Part shown: positions 20,838 to 29,168 of the stretch, piece after piece
Numbering within the stretch: the stretch's first letter is position 1
How the letters are laid out: each line of letters starts with the position of its first letter
Assembly (NCBI GenBank): GCA_049599475.1
Contig: JBMYOQ010000017.1
Coordinates: forward strand, 1-64,000
Source: Opitutales bacterium
GTDB lineage: Bacteria > Verrucomicrobiota > Verrucomicrobiia > Opitutales > JABSRG01
Direction: 5' to 3'
Length of the DNA: 64,000 bases
The notes under the pieces: generated by a model
Told to the model about the DNA's origin: nothing
The model's database searches: none
Seen by the model: only the letters and a program-made list of their open reading frames with translations
Program-made: the position numbers and the translations under genes

Positions 20838-21218
20838 TCACTTCACGCTCGAACACGCTATGTTCGGGCTCTCGGGGTTGATATCAAGTCTGCGATCCTT
20901 TGGAGTCACAACGAGATCCATATCTTCCATGGGGATGGCTCCAATGAGCACTTCGTTACCGAACACCAGTGCCCCGAAGAGGCCCGTTCGATTTTTAAAA
21001 GTCATCTTAATGGGGCCCATGTAAGGAACGATCCGCTTACTGCCATCCGCGATGGTCACCTCTTTCTCGTCATACTTTTCGAGTTTTAATTGAATAGCAA
21101 CATGCTCAGGAACACATAGATGAACCGAACTCGTATCAGCCAGTGCCTGAGTCCGAACCGGCATGAGTTCGGGAAATCGAGGATTTTGAAAAGTAACCTC
21201 TGTGTAAACGAGTCCCAT
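20838..21218 (-). CDS. clan AA (retropepsin-like) aspartic protease family protein
   Basis: MGLVYTEV...ALADTSSVHL...IADGS...VLIGAIPMEDMDLVV. Confidence 0.8.
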   Translation of the reverse strand: MGLVYTEVTFQNPRFPELMPVRTQALADTSSVHLCVPEHVAIQLKLEKYDEKEVTIADGSKRIVPYMGPIKMTFKNRTGLFGALVFGNEVLIGAIPMEDMDLVVTPKDRRLDINPESPNIACSSVK

Positions 21219-21527
21219 TTTTTTCAGAATTTATCTATCAAAGTGCTCCATAAACCAGCCCAAAACCTGCGTCCATCTGCGAATTCAACAGAGCCCTTGA
21301 AAATAGCCAAAAAACATTCGCGGCTTGCCAAAGGCCTGAATCTCTGATCTCTTCCGCCCCTTCGTTTGGCCGAAAGTACTTTGGTGCAGTCTCTTGATGA
21401 GTTGCAGGTGGGGTGTTTTTGTCCCCCACTGACCGACCTACAGATGAGAATCGGTTCTTGGATCCATCCATCATCTCATCAATTTGTTCCGCAGGCTTTT
21501 CAAACAGTCTGGGGAGCGTCGTATATT

Positions 21528-23036
21528 ATGACTCAGACATCATTCGCCGATCTCGGGCTATCCGATCGGATCGTTAAAGCATTGACTAAAAGCGGCTACG
21601 CCGAGCCTTCGCCTATCCAGGCACAGGCCATTCCCCACCTCGTAGAGGGCAAAGACCTCTTTGGCTGTGCTCAAACAGGTACCGGTAAAACAGCAGGATT
21701 CGCCCTGCCTGTTATTCAGCGCCTCCTCGAGGAGGGCTCCCACCGTGTCCGCAAATCGCCTCGGGCTCTCGTACTAGCGCCCACCCGCGAACTCGCGGCT
21801 CAAGTCGCTGACAGTTTCAGAAAATACGCAGCCAGCACACCGCTCAAAGTAGGGCTTGTCCATGGCGGCGTATCTTTTGGTCCACAGAAAAAGACTTTGA
21901 ACTACGGCGTAGATATCCTCGTCGCGACACCTGGCCGCCTTATGGATCTCACCGACCAAGGGTATTTTGAGGGCGAGCGCGTCATGGCCTTTGTATTGGA
22001 CGAAGCTGACCGCATGCTTGATATGGGCTTCTCTAAGGACGTCGAACATATTGCCGAAGGCCTCAGTCCCGATCGCCAGACTATTCTTTTCTCTGCGACT
22101 ATCTCCAAAGATATCGAGAAATTTGCCCGCACCCTCCTTCACGATCCCGTCGAAGTACGCGTATCTCCAGAAGTCACTACAGCGGAGAAAATCGACCAGC
22201 AAATCTGCTTTGTAAAAGCTGCCGATAAGCGCGACTTGCTTGTAGGTATTTTGGAAGGACAGGACGATCAAGGTGTTCTTCAGGACAAAGTGATCGTCTT
22301 CACAAAAACAAAATATGGCGCCGACAAACTCTGCAAATTCTTGATACGTTCTGACTTTTCAGCAGACGCAATTCACGGCGACAAATCTCAAGCTGCGCGT
22401 AAGAAGGCTCTATCTAAATTCACCGACGGGCGCTGCGATATCTTAGTGGCGACCGACGTCGCTGCTCGCGGTATCGACATTAAGTCTCTCGGACTTGTAG
22501 TGAATTACGAACTACCGATGGAAGCCGAAGCATATGTGCACCGTATTGGTCGCACCGCGCGCGCCGGAGCTACCGGCATGGCTGTCTCTTTCTGCGGCGA
22601 AGATGAATTCGGCCTGCTCAAAGACATCACTAAGCTGATTGAGCAAGAGATTCCAGTTTTCGACGAACACGAGTTTCACTCTGAAGAGCTCCAAGAAGGG
22701 TTTTCCGAATTCCTCATCCGTCGCAGACCTGGCGGTAAGCGCGGAGGCCCTCGTGGACGCAATCCACGCCAACGCAGAAGCGGACCCCGCAATGGCGAAA
22801 AGCGCGACTTCAAACCACGCGGCGAAGGTTCTCGCGATGGTGGACCGCGTGGACCACGCTCACGTGACGAAGGCCCTCGCGAAGAAGGCGCACGCCGCGG
22901 ACCTCCGCGCAAACGCAGCTTCCAAAAAGGCCCCGCGGACAGGAGTGATCGCCCATTCAAACGCGCCGGAAAACCCGCAGGCAAACAACGCCGCAACTTC
23001 TCAGGCCCACGCAGCCGGAAACCCGCCTCCCACTAG
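21528..23036 (+). CDS. DEAD-box RNA helicase with Arg/Gly-rich C-terminal tail
   Basis: Q motif, AQTGTGKT, PTRELA, DEADRMLDMGF, SAT, HRIGRTAR; ATG at 21528. Confidence 0.97.
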   Translation: MTQTSFADLGLSDRIVKALTKSGYAEPSPIQAQAIPHLVEGKDLFGCAQTGTGKTAGFALPVIQRLLEEGSHRVRKSPRALVLAPTRELAAQVADSFRKYAASTPLKVGLVHGGVSFGPQKKTLNYGVDILVATPGRLMDLTDQGYFEGERVMAFVLDEADRMLDMGFSKDVEHIAEGLSPDRQTILFSATISKDIEKFARTLLHDPVEVRVSPEVTTAEKIDQQICFVKAADKRDLLVGILEGQDDQGVLQDKVIVFTKTKYGADKLCKFLIRSDFSADAIHGDKSQAARKKALSKFTDGRCDILVATDVAARGIDIKSLGLVVNYELPMEAEAYVHRIGRTARAGATGMAVSFCGEDEFGLLKDITKLIEQEIPVFDEHEFHSEELQEGFSEFLIRRRPGGKRGGPRGRNPRQRRSGPRNGEKRDFKPRGEGSRDGGPRGPRSRDEGPREEGARRGPPRKRSFQKGPADRSDRPFKRAGKPAGKQRRNFSGPRSRKPASH

Positions 23037-23047
23037 GGGAAATCAAA

Positions 23048-23525
23048 AGTCCACGAAATACACCAAAAGCACGAAAGCTATTGATCAAAGGATGATCCTT
23101 TTGATCTGAGCTTTCGGGTAGTGGCCAAAGTTGACAAGGAGTCCGACACGATGGCCCGTGGACTTGAGGTAGTTTAATACCTGGGCATCGTGCTCAGATG
23201 AGAGCATCTTTAACGCTTTGAGTTCGACTATAATTGAGTCATAGCAAACAAAGTCTGGCTTGTAGGTTTGCCTGAGCCGTTGGCCTTTGTAATCTAGCTG
23301 AAGCTCCGGCTGAGGCAGGTACGAGATATTTTGATTTATAAATTCAATCTCTAAACACTCCTGATATACCGCCTCAAGAAACCCGCATCCCTTATTTCGA
23401 TACACTTCGAAAACAGCACCCTGTATCTTGTAACACTCATCTTTATACAAAAGATTTTGATCCATCTTCCTTAGACCAAATCACTTATATACATTTTCGT
23501 GCTTTTTGTGTATTTAGTGGACTCC
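23048..23525. mobile_element. putative element: GxxExxY gene bounded by ~30-bp inverted repeats
   Basis: AGTCCACGAAATACACCAAAAGCACGAAA (23048-23076) versus the reverse complement of 23495-23523: 27/29 identical; lies between two stop codons. Mobility is inferred. Confidence 0.7.
23085..23465 (-). CDS. GxxExxY protein (PD-(D/E)XK nuclease superfamily)
   Basis: GFLEAVY motif, PDFV...IIVELKA, QVLNYLK, GLLVNFG; 126 aa. Confidence 0.95.
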   Translation of the reverse strand: MDQNLLYKDECYKIQGAVFEVYRNKGCGFLEAVYQECLEIEFINQNISYLPQPELQLDYKGQRLRQTYKPDFVCYDSIIVELKALKMLSSEHDAQVLNYLKSTGHRVGLLVNFGHYPKAQIKRIIL

Positions 23526-23526
23526 T

Positions 23527-25437
23527 CTACCACACCACCGGATGTGTTTCTCCATTGGTGACATTTACGAAGCCTTGCGGGCAGCCTTCGAAGGGAGCTA
23601 CGAGTACCCATTTCCACGGGGTGCAGGTAAGCCAGGCAAAAATCATTCTGCGCGGTAGCCCTGGAGCACCGATCCAATCCATGGTGTCTGCGGCAGCGAA
23701 GAGGTTCTCGAGTTCGTCGGCCACTTCCTGAGGTGTGCGCGCTGACATGATCCCGCCAATCTCAAAGGTTACCTTAGCGATCACTTCTCCCTCTTTCACC
23801 AGCACCCATCCTCCATTCATCTCAGCGAGTGTGTTGAGCGCGAGTGCCATAGCTTCATCGTCATTACCCAGAGCCCATGCATTGTGCAGGTCATGAGCCA
23901 CCGTGCAGGCGACGGCGGATTTAGGGTTCAATGGCCCTACATCACGCCAAAACATTTTGGCAACCTGTCCGGTGCTGTGAAAACGATCTGCCAGAGCCAC
24001 CTTTGAAATGCCCTTCTCAGGATCTGCATACACTTGCCCATTCTTCACAGACATCTTCTCCTCCATGAAATCTTCTTCGAAATAGAAAGGTCGTAACAGG
24101 GCCGCCGTCACCTCTGTTTGCGCTGGATCAGGAGGCCGAATTGCCAAGTCTTCAGGAGTGATGGTTTTCCCAAAATTTATTGTATTCTTGGCCCACTCAG
24201 GCCAATCGATTTTCGGGACTTCCAATAAATACTTCCCCTTCTCGGCAGCGTGCTTCCCATTCACATAAACGGTATCTATTGCAACCTTTTTGGGATCCGA
24301 CAAGAGGACAAGATCAGCATAACGCCCTGGTGCGATCGAGCCCACCTTATCATCAACTTGTGCATGCTTTGCTGGATACAAAGTAGCCATAGCATAGGCC
24401 TTTTCCACAGGAGCCCCGGCCTCGATTGCCAAACGTAAATTGTAATTCTGCGTTCCCAACTCCAAGGACTCCGCAGCATTTCGATCATCGGTAGTAAAAC
24501 AAATATGCGACCAATCTTGTATTCCCTTTTCCATTAAATAGGGGATCACCACGGGGATCGCGTGGTATCTGAGCTGAAGGAAAACGCCTCGCGAGAGTTT
24601 GTCCCACGCTTCCTCGGCCATGCGCACTTCGTGATCGCTCTCGAGACCAGAAGCCGAAAATGCGTTAATCGAAGGTAAATCGCGCAGGCCAGAGCCGTGC
24701 CCCTCAATTACCCCATCTTCATCCATAGCCGCCTGTATCACTTCCCATATACGCTGAGATCCCGGCAAGTCCGTATTCCACAGTCGAGGCCAATCCATCA
24801 CCTCGCCCAGACCGATCACCCACTCTTCTTCCTGCATGTATTTGCGAACTTCTTCATAGCCATAATAGCCACCCCCGCGCTCATAGGGCGTCGGCGGTGT
24901 AGCCGACCCTAGTTCAACAAATATTTTGAGCGGACTGCCTCTTCGCATCGGCGTGAGCCAGAAGTCTACATTATGCTCGCCTGCGATATTGGAAAACTCG
25001 TGGGAGCCTTCAATGGTCCAAGTATTTCCGAAGGGGATCACTAGGGCCGCCTCGTATTCCGGAGTCAGGTGAGAGCTCTCAATATGCTTGTGTGACTCTC
25101 CGAAACCAGGAACGGCATATAAATCTGGATACGCTACTTTAGAGTCCGCCTCACCTGCCCATTCGCCAGAGGGTCCAGTCCAGGCTATCCGTTCGCCCGA
25201 TATTACGATATCCCAATTTTCCTTCCATGTCCCCGAGAAGACGTCCAGCATCTTGCCTACCGTCACAATTTTATCAGCGGGCTGATGGCCCATCGCTACG
25301 CGCATCAGCTTCTGCCGTGTCAGAATTTCTTCACTGAATTCGAACTTCTCATCTCCATGGGCATAGAGACTTTGAATGAGCCCCAACAAACTGAGACACA
25401 GGGCGGCAACTGAGGTGTATTTCATAAATTTTGTCAT
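23527..25437 (-). CDS. adenine deaminase family amidohydrolase with N-terminal signal peptide
   Basis: PGFGESHKHIESSH, GLGEVMDW, SDHE, TTDD, GSIAPGRYAD, TVAHDLHN; start 25437 overlaps the upstream stop (ATGA). Confidence 0.85.
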   Translation of the reverse strand: MTKFMKYTSVAALCLSLLGLIQSLYAHGDEKFEFSEEILTRQKLMRVAMGHQPADKIVTVGKMLDVFSGTWKENWDIVISGERIAWTGPSGEWAGEADSKVAYPDLYAVPGFGESHKHIESSHLTPEYEAALVIPFGNTWTIEGSHEFSNIAGEHNVDFWLTPMRRGSPLKIFVELGSATPPTPYERGGGYYGYEEVRKYMQEEEWVIGLGEVMDWPRLWNTDLPGSQRIWEVIQAAMDEDGVIEGHGSGLRDLPSINAFSASGLESDHEVRMAEEAWDKLSRGVFLQLRYHAIPVVIPYLMEKGIQDWSHICFTTDDRNAAESLELGTQNYNLRLAIEAGAPVEKAYAMATLYPAKHAQVDDKVGSIAPGRYADLVLLSDPKKVAIDTVYVNGKHAAEKGKYLLEVPKIDWPEWAKNTINFGKTITPEDLAIRPPDPAQTEVTAALLRPFYFEEDFMEEKMSVKNGQVYADPEKGISKVALADRFHSTGQVAKMFWRDVGPLNPKSAVACTVAHDLHNAWALGNDDEAMALALNTLAEMNGGWVLVKEGEVIAKVTFEIGGIMSARTPQEVADELENLFAAADTMDWIGAPGLPRRMIFAWLTCTPWKWVLVAPFEGCPQGFVNVTNGETHPVVW

Positions 25438-26633
25438 AAAATGTGGATACGTTGAAGGGTCCAAAATGCAGCAACCAGGGCGATCAAGAGATTTATCGGA
25501 ATACACACAAAGGGCGTGTATCCTTTCCATGAGAACAAGGGCTTCAGTAAAACATATGCGATTAGGAGGACGCAGAGCTGCCCGAGCTCCACCCCGAAGT
25601 TGAACGCCGCAAGCGCCAACAGAGGTGCATCAGACGGGATGGGGTAGGTGCTCAAGACTCCGGCAAAACCCATTCCATGCAACAAGCCCACGGCGAAAAT
25701 AATAGCAGCATGCCACTTATGCGTGAGGCGCATCTGAGGACGCAAGTTACTTAAGCCGACGTAGACGATCGAAGCCGCGATCAAGGGCTCCACAATATCT
25801 GGTAGGCTGGGAACGTAGCCAAACATGGTCAGCCCGAGGGAAACCGTGTGCGCTAAGGTAAATAGCGAGATATGAAGGATTTTCTCCCGCAAGCCTTGTC
25901 CCAGGAAAAAGAGCCCAAGGATAAAAAGTATGTGATCCCAACCCCGTGGAATAATGTGAATGAAACCCAGTCCAATGAAGGTGCCCAGCCATGACCAAGG
26001 GGTCGTCGTCTGTTCCACAGATTTCGATTCGGACACCGGAGCGTCCCTTACCATCGCAGGACTCGGCTCGATCAACGCAGGCCGGTGCTCGAAGCCTGGA
26101 CTCGTCTGGCCCGCAGCAAGCCAACGTGTCTGGCGACGTTCGGAGTCGAGTGAATCTCGAAAAGTGACGACAAAGGGATGTTCGACGGGCACCCGTGGGT
26201 CGGTTTGGATCTGTATATTTTCAGCCAGTTCCGGTAGCTCGAATTCAAAATCGACGGTGCTCATCGGAGCCGCCCAGGGCTCAGTAAATTTCTCCAGGGG
26301 CAAATCTGGGTAGGCATATCCGGTAATGTCCCAGGGAGTCGACTCTCCGTTAATAAGCACACCCACCCCACGCAGCAGATCTGCCTGCCACTTCTTTGCA
26401 ATCTCCGCATCTCGGCTCTGGCTCACCGCGAAATAGGCCTCAGGCGATCCTATCAATCGAACCAAATCGATCTCCATCTTCCCAATGGCCTTTCCAGTGC
26501 GGCCATCGAGATGAATTTCACAACGCGTCATATTCAACAGATGCCCATGGGCAGACAGCCCGATGAACACCCAAAGACCAAGCAAGACAGACCTCAGAAA
26601 CAGCAACACAACGCGATAAGCCGCACAAAACAT
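25434..26633 (-). CDS. HupE/UreJ family membrane protein with N-terminal periplasmic domain
   Basis: GFIHIIPRGWDHILF, FTLAHTVSL, GLLHGMGFA, FNFGVELGQ; signal peptide ending SAH; start uncertain. Confidence 0.88.
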   Translation of the reverse strand: MFCAAYRVVLLFLRSVLLGLWVFIGLSAHGHLLNMTRCEIHLDGRTGKAIGKMEIDLVRLIGSPEAYFAVSQSRDAEIAKKWQADLLRGVGVLINGESTPWDITGYAYPDLPLEKFTEPWAAPMSTVDFEFELPELAENIQIQTDPRVPVEHPFVVTFRDSLDSERRQTRWLAAGQTSPGFEHRPALIEPSPAMVRDAPVSESKSVEQTTTPWSWLGTFIGLGFIHIIPRGWDHILFILGLFFLGQGLREKILHISLFTLAHTVSLGLTMFGYVPSLPDIVEPLIAASIVYVGLSNLRPQMRLTHKWHAAIIFAVGLLHGMGFAGVLSTYPIPSDAPLLALAAFNFGVELGQLCVLLIAYVLLKPLFSWKGYTPFVCIPINLLIALVAAFWTLQRIHIL

Positions 26634-26749
26634 ACCAGCCAGGGGACTAAGCTTAAAAACCTGAGAGCGCCATAGGAGCCCCAATAGCACTTCGCCTTAT
26701 CCACCTATGTTCTAGCCCATTCGCGTAAATGTATATTCACTCGTAGCAT

Positions 26750-26766
26750 CAGGAACGACTCGTGCG
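26750..26766 (+). promoter_or_regulatory. candidate sigma54 -24/-12 promoter of adenosine deaminase
   Basis: CAGGAACGACTCGTGCG: GG-N10-GC. Confidence 0.4.
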
Positions 26767-26789
26767 TTCTCCTCAAAAGACACAGCATT

Positions 26790-27758
26790 ATGCAAACGCT
26801 CACCGCAGACGTAAAAGAATGGATCCGTGCGCTTCCAAAGACCGAAACTCACCTTCATATGGAAGGCGCAGTCCCCTTGGAAATGGTGCAGGCTGCTTTA
26901 CCGGAACGCTTTCCGGGTGAACCTATCTTCTGGAAACCCGACTACCGTTTCGAAAACTTCGACGCGTTTTCCACCCTTTTCGGAGAAATCGCGGGGGCCG
27001 TATTCACGTCCCCAGAGGCCTACCATCAATGCGCTCAACACGTTTTTGCGAATCTGGCGTCACAAAACTGCCAATACGTCGAGACGAGTATTGCGCTCGG
27101 GGCTCTCGTGCGCTCCGAACTCGATGGCCCGACAGTCATCGACGCGATCCTCTCTGCCGCCCCCGTAAACATGCGCGTCCGTGTGTTTATGGGAATGCGC
27201 CACAATGAATATGAGGGCCTGGGTCAGGAGCTAATCGAAGAAAGCTTAAACTGGGAAAACCTCACGGGTCTCGACCTCCATGGACCAGAATACCTCCCAC
27301 TGGAACCATGGACTGCCGATGTATGGAAACGGGCCCGCGAAGCCGGGAAATTCAACAAAGCCCACGCCGGTGAGTTCATGCCTGCCGCTTTCGTAAAACG
27401 CTGCGTCGAAGAGCTCGGCGTGACACGTATCCAACACGGCGTACGTTCTGTTGAAGACCCTGAAGTTGTTGAACTCCTCCGAGATCAAACGGTAACCCTA
27501 GACGTCTGCCCAATCAGTAATGTTAAACTGTGCGTTGATGGGATTTCTGAAATCAAAGACCATCCAATTCGTCAGCTAATCCAATCGGGCGTCCAATGCA
27601 CAATAAATACTGACGATCCGTTTTTCTTCGGCAACACCCTCTGCGCAGAATACGAGTGCCTTTATCAGCATCTGGACTTCGGCATGGACGAACTCGAAGG
27701 CATCGCAAAGACCGGCCTTGCGAGGGCTCAGGAAATTGACCGGTCGATTCAGCGATAA
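26790..27758 (+). CDS. adenosine deaminase family protein
   Basis: LPKTETHLHMEG, DLHGPE, HAGE, RIQHG, CPISN, INTDDP. Confidence 0.92.
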   Translation: MQTLTADVKEWIRALPKTETHLHMEGAVPLEMVQAALPERFPGEPIFWKPDYRFENFDAFSTLFGEIAGAVFTSPEAYHQCAQHVFANLASQNCQYVETSIALGALVRSELDGPTVIDAILSAAPVNMRVRVFMGMRHNEYEGLGQELIEESLNWENLTGLDLHGPEYLPLEPWTADVWKRAREAGKFNKAHAGEFMPAAFVKRCVEELGVTRIQHGVRSVEDPEVVELLRDQTVTLDVCPISNVKLCVDGISEIKDHPIRQLIQSGVQCTINTDDPFFFGNTLCAEYECLYQHLDFGMDELEGIAKTGLARAQEIDRSIQR

Positions 27759-27760
27759 CC

Positions 27761-28807
27761 CTAAGCCGTAAAGTCTCGACCCAAGCCTAGCTTTGTCAGC
27801 CAGCGCCGAAAGGCTACGGAGGACTTATCCGCCATCACGGATACTTCGGCAGCAGCATCGAGGGGGATTTCCTCGGGTTTCTGATTTTCGATCATCACGC
27901 GGTCCTCTCCCAAGATTTTTTCCTCCCACGCGAGGAGATCTTCCACCGGAACGTCGTGATCAAAATTGCGCGTGAAGACGACGATGAGCTGACTCTTTCG
28001 CGCAGACACCGGAGCGATATTTATATGGATAATGTGATCCCGTCCGCCCGGATAATGGATCGCTGTTCGGGTCGCAAAGGGGAAAAAGAGCGTGCGATGC
28101 ATGTATCGGTGTAGCTCACTAGCGTTGGCAATCGGAGAATCTTTGGGATTCGTCGCCTGATATTCGAAGGCCATGATCATCTTTTGATCATCCACTTCAA
28201 AATCGTAGGTCGAGCCCTGCTCCGCGTGCTCCTCGACGCCGAATGTGTTGCGATGCACAAATGAGAAGTGGGCATTATCAATAAAATTCTCAATCGCGCG
28301 GCCCGCCGAACAATTCCAAATCTCGGGCCCCATCGTGAATCGGAAAAAATTCGGATCACTCGCTTCCGGCTCCCATTCAGGCAACATATTCGTTGGCTCA
28401 CCACGCAGACACACCCAGACCAGGCCATATTTGACCGCGCTGCGGAAGACCAAAAGCTTCAGCTTATTGTTGATCTTCGCCTTCGGATCACTGGGAACGA
28501 GCGTGCATTGCCCATCCGCCCCGTAGCGATAGCCATGATAAGGGCAGACAATGCAGCCATCTCGGGTCCACCCCATAGACATCGGAGCCCCGCGATGTAT
28601 GCACAGATCGCGTGCCACCAAAATCTCGTCGCCCAGCCGGGCCAGGACTAGATCTACATCGAGCAAGGTCACCTTGCGCGGCTTATCGGTGACCTCCTCT
28701 TCTAGGGCAATCGGATACCACAGATTCGACAGCGCCATCCAATCCGACTCGGAAAAGGTACACTCTGTTGGGTAAGTCGCATCACTCCACTGCTTTAGGG
28801 ATTCCAT
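27761..28807 (-). CDS. Rieske non-heme iron oxygenase alpha subunit (VanA/Ndm demethylase-like)
   Basis: CIHRG...CPYHG Rieske ligands, ENFIDNAHFSFVH mononuclear iron motif, GEDR; ATG at 28807. Confidence 0.92.
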   Translation of the reverse strand: MESLKQWSDATYPTECTFSESDWMALSNLWYPIALEEEVTDKPRKVTLLDVDLVLARLGDEILVARDLCIHRGAPMSMGWTRDGCIVCPYHGYRYGADGQCTLVPSDPKAKINNKLKLLVFRSAVKYGLVWVCLRGEPTNMLPEWEPEASDPNFFRFTMGPEIWNCSAGRAIENFIDNAHFSFVHRNTFGVEEHAEQGSTYDFEVDDQKMIMAFEYQATNPKDSPIANASELHRYMHRTLFFPFATRTAIHYPGGRDHIIHINIAPVSARKSQLIVVFTRNFDHDVPVEDLLAWEEKILGEDRVMIENQKPEEIPLDAAAEVSVMADKSSVAFRRWLTKLGLGRDFTA

Positions 28808-28819
28808 GGAGCAGAAGAC

Positions 28820-28836
28820 AGCACGGGTTATTCCAA
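28820..28836 (-). promoter_or_regulatory. candidate sigma54 promoter of the Rieske gene
   Basis: Minus strand TTGGAATAACCCGTGCT (GG-N10-GC), 13 nt before the ATG. Confidence 0.5.
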
Positions 28837-28842
28837 GAAATG

Positions 28843-29132
28843 GGAGTCCACGAAACACACAAAAAACACGAAAATCTCCCGCTCGAAAGGAACGCGAATT
28901 ACGATGTGATTATTATACGTTTTCTTAAAATTCTTTTCGTTTATAAGGGCGTCGCCTCGGAACTCTGTTCCGGGGTGATAGTTGCGGTCTCGAGTTCCTA
29001 GACGCCCCAGTTCTGAGAATTGAGGCTACACTATGAAAATAATTTTGAGAATCGTTCCACAACAAATGCTATGAATCTATCCAGAAACACAGAACCTTAG
29101 CTTTCGTGCTTTTTGTGTGTTTCGTGGACTCC
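28843..29132. mobile_element. gene-less (MITE-like) copy of the GxxExxY inverted-repeat element
   Basis: GGAGTCCACGAAACACACAAAAAACACGAAA (28843-28873) versus the reverse complement of 29102-29132: 30/31 identical; same family as 23048/23495. Confidence 0.75.
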
Positions 29133-29140
29133 ATCAATCT

Positions 29141-29157
29141 TTGGCATAGGCATCGCT
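29141..29157 (+). promoter_or_regulatory. candidate sigma54 promoter of the SSS transporter
   Basis: TTGGCATAGGCATCGCT (GG-N10-GC), 12 nt before the ATG at 29169. Confidence 0.55.
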
Positions 29158-29168
29158 GATTGGCGGCT

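Noticed and set aside
22639..23109. ORFs containing STKYTKSTK (also 23471-23677)
   Set aside because: The shared peptide is simply the translation of the inverted-repeat arms.
25438..25530. ORF-track N-terminal extension of the adenine deaminase (similarly 21366, 28858, 33696, 46542, 60718)
   Set aside because: These extensions overlap neighbouring genes, repeats or promoters; downstream ATGs fit the family N-termini better.
23048..29132. CRISPR array or composite transposon formed by the CACGAAA repeats
   Set aside because: The repeats are inverted pairs, not direct repeats with spacers, and there are no cas genes. The outermost arms could formally bound 6 kb, but no target duplication or transposase supports that.
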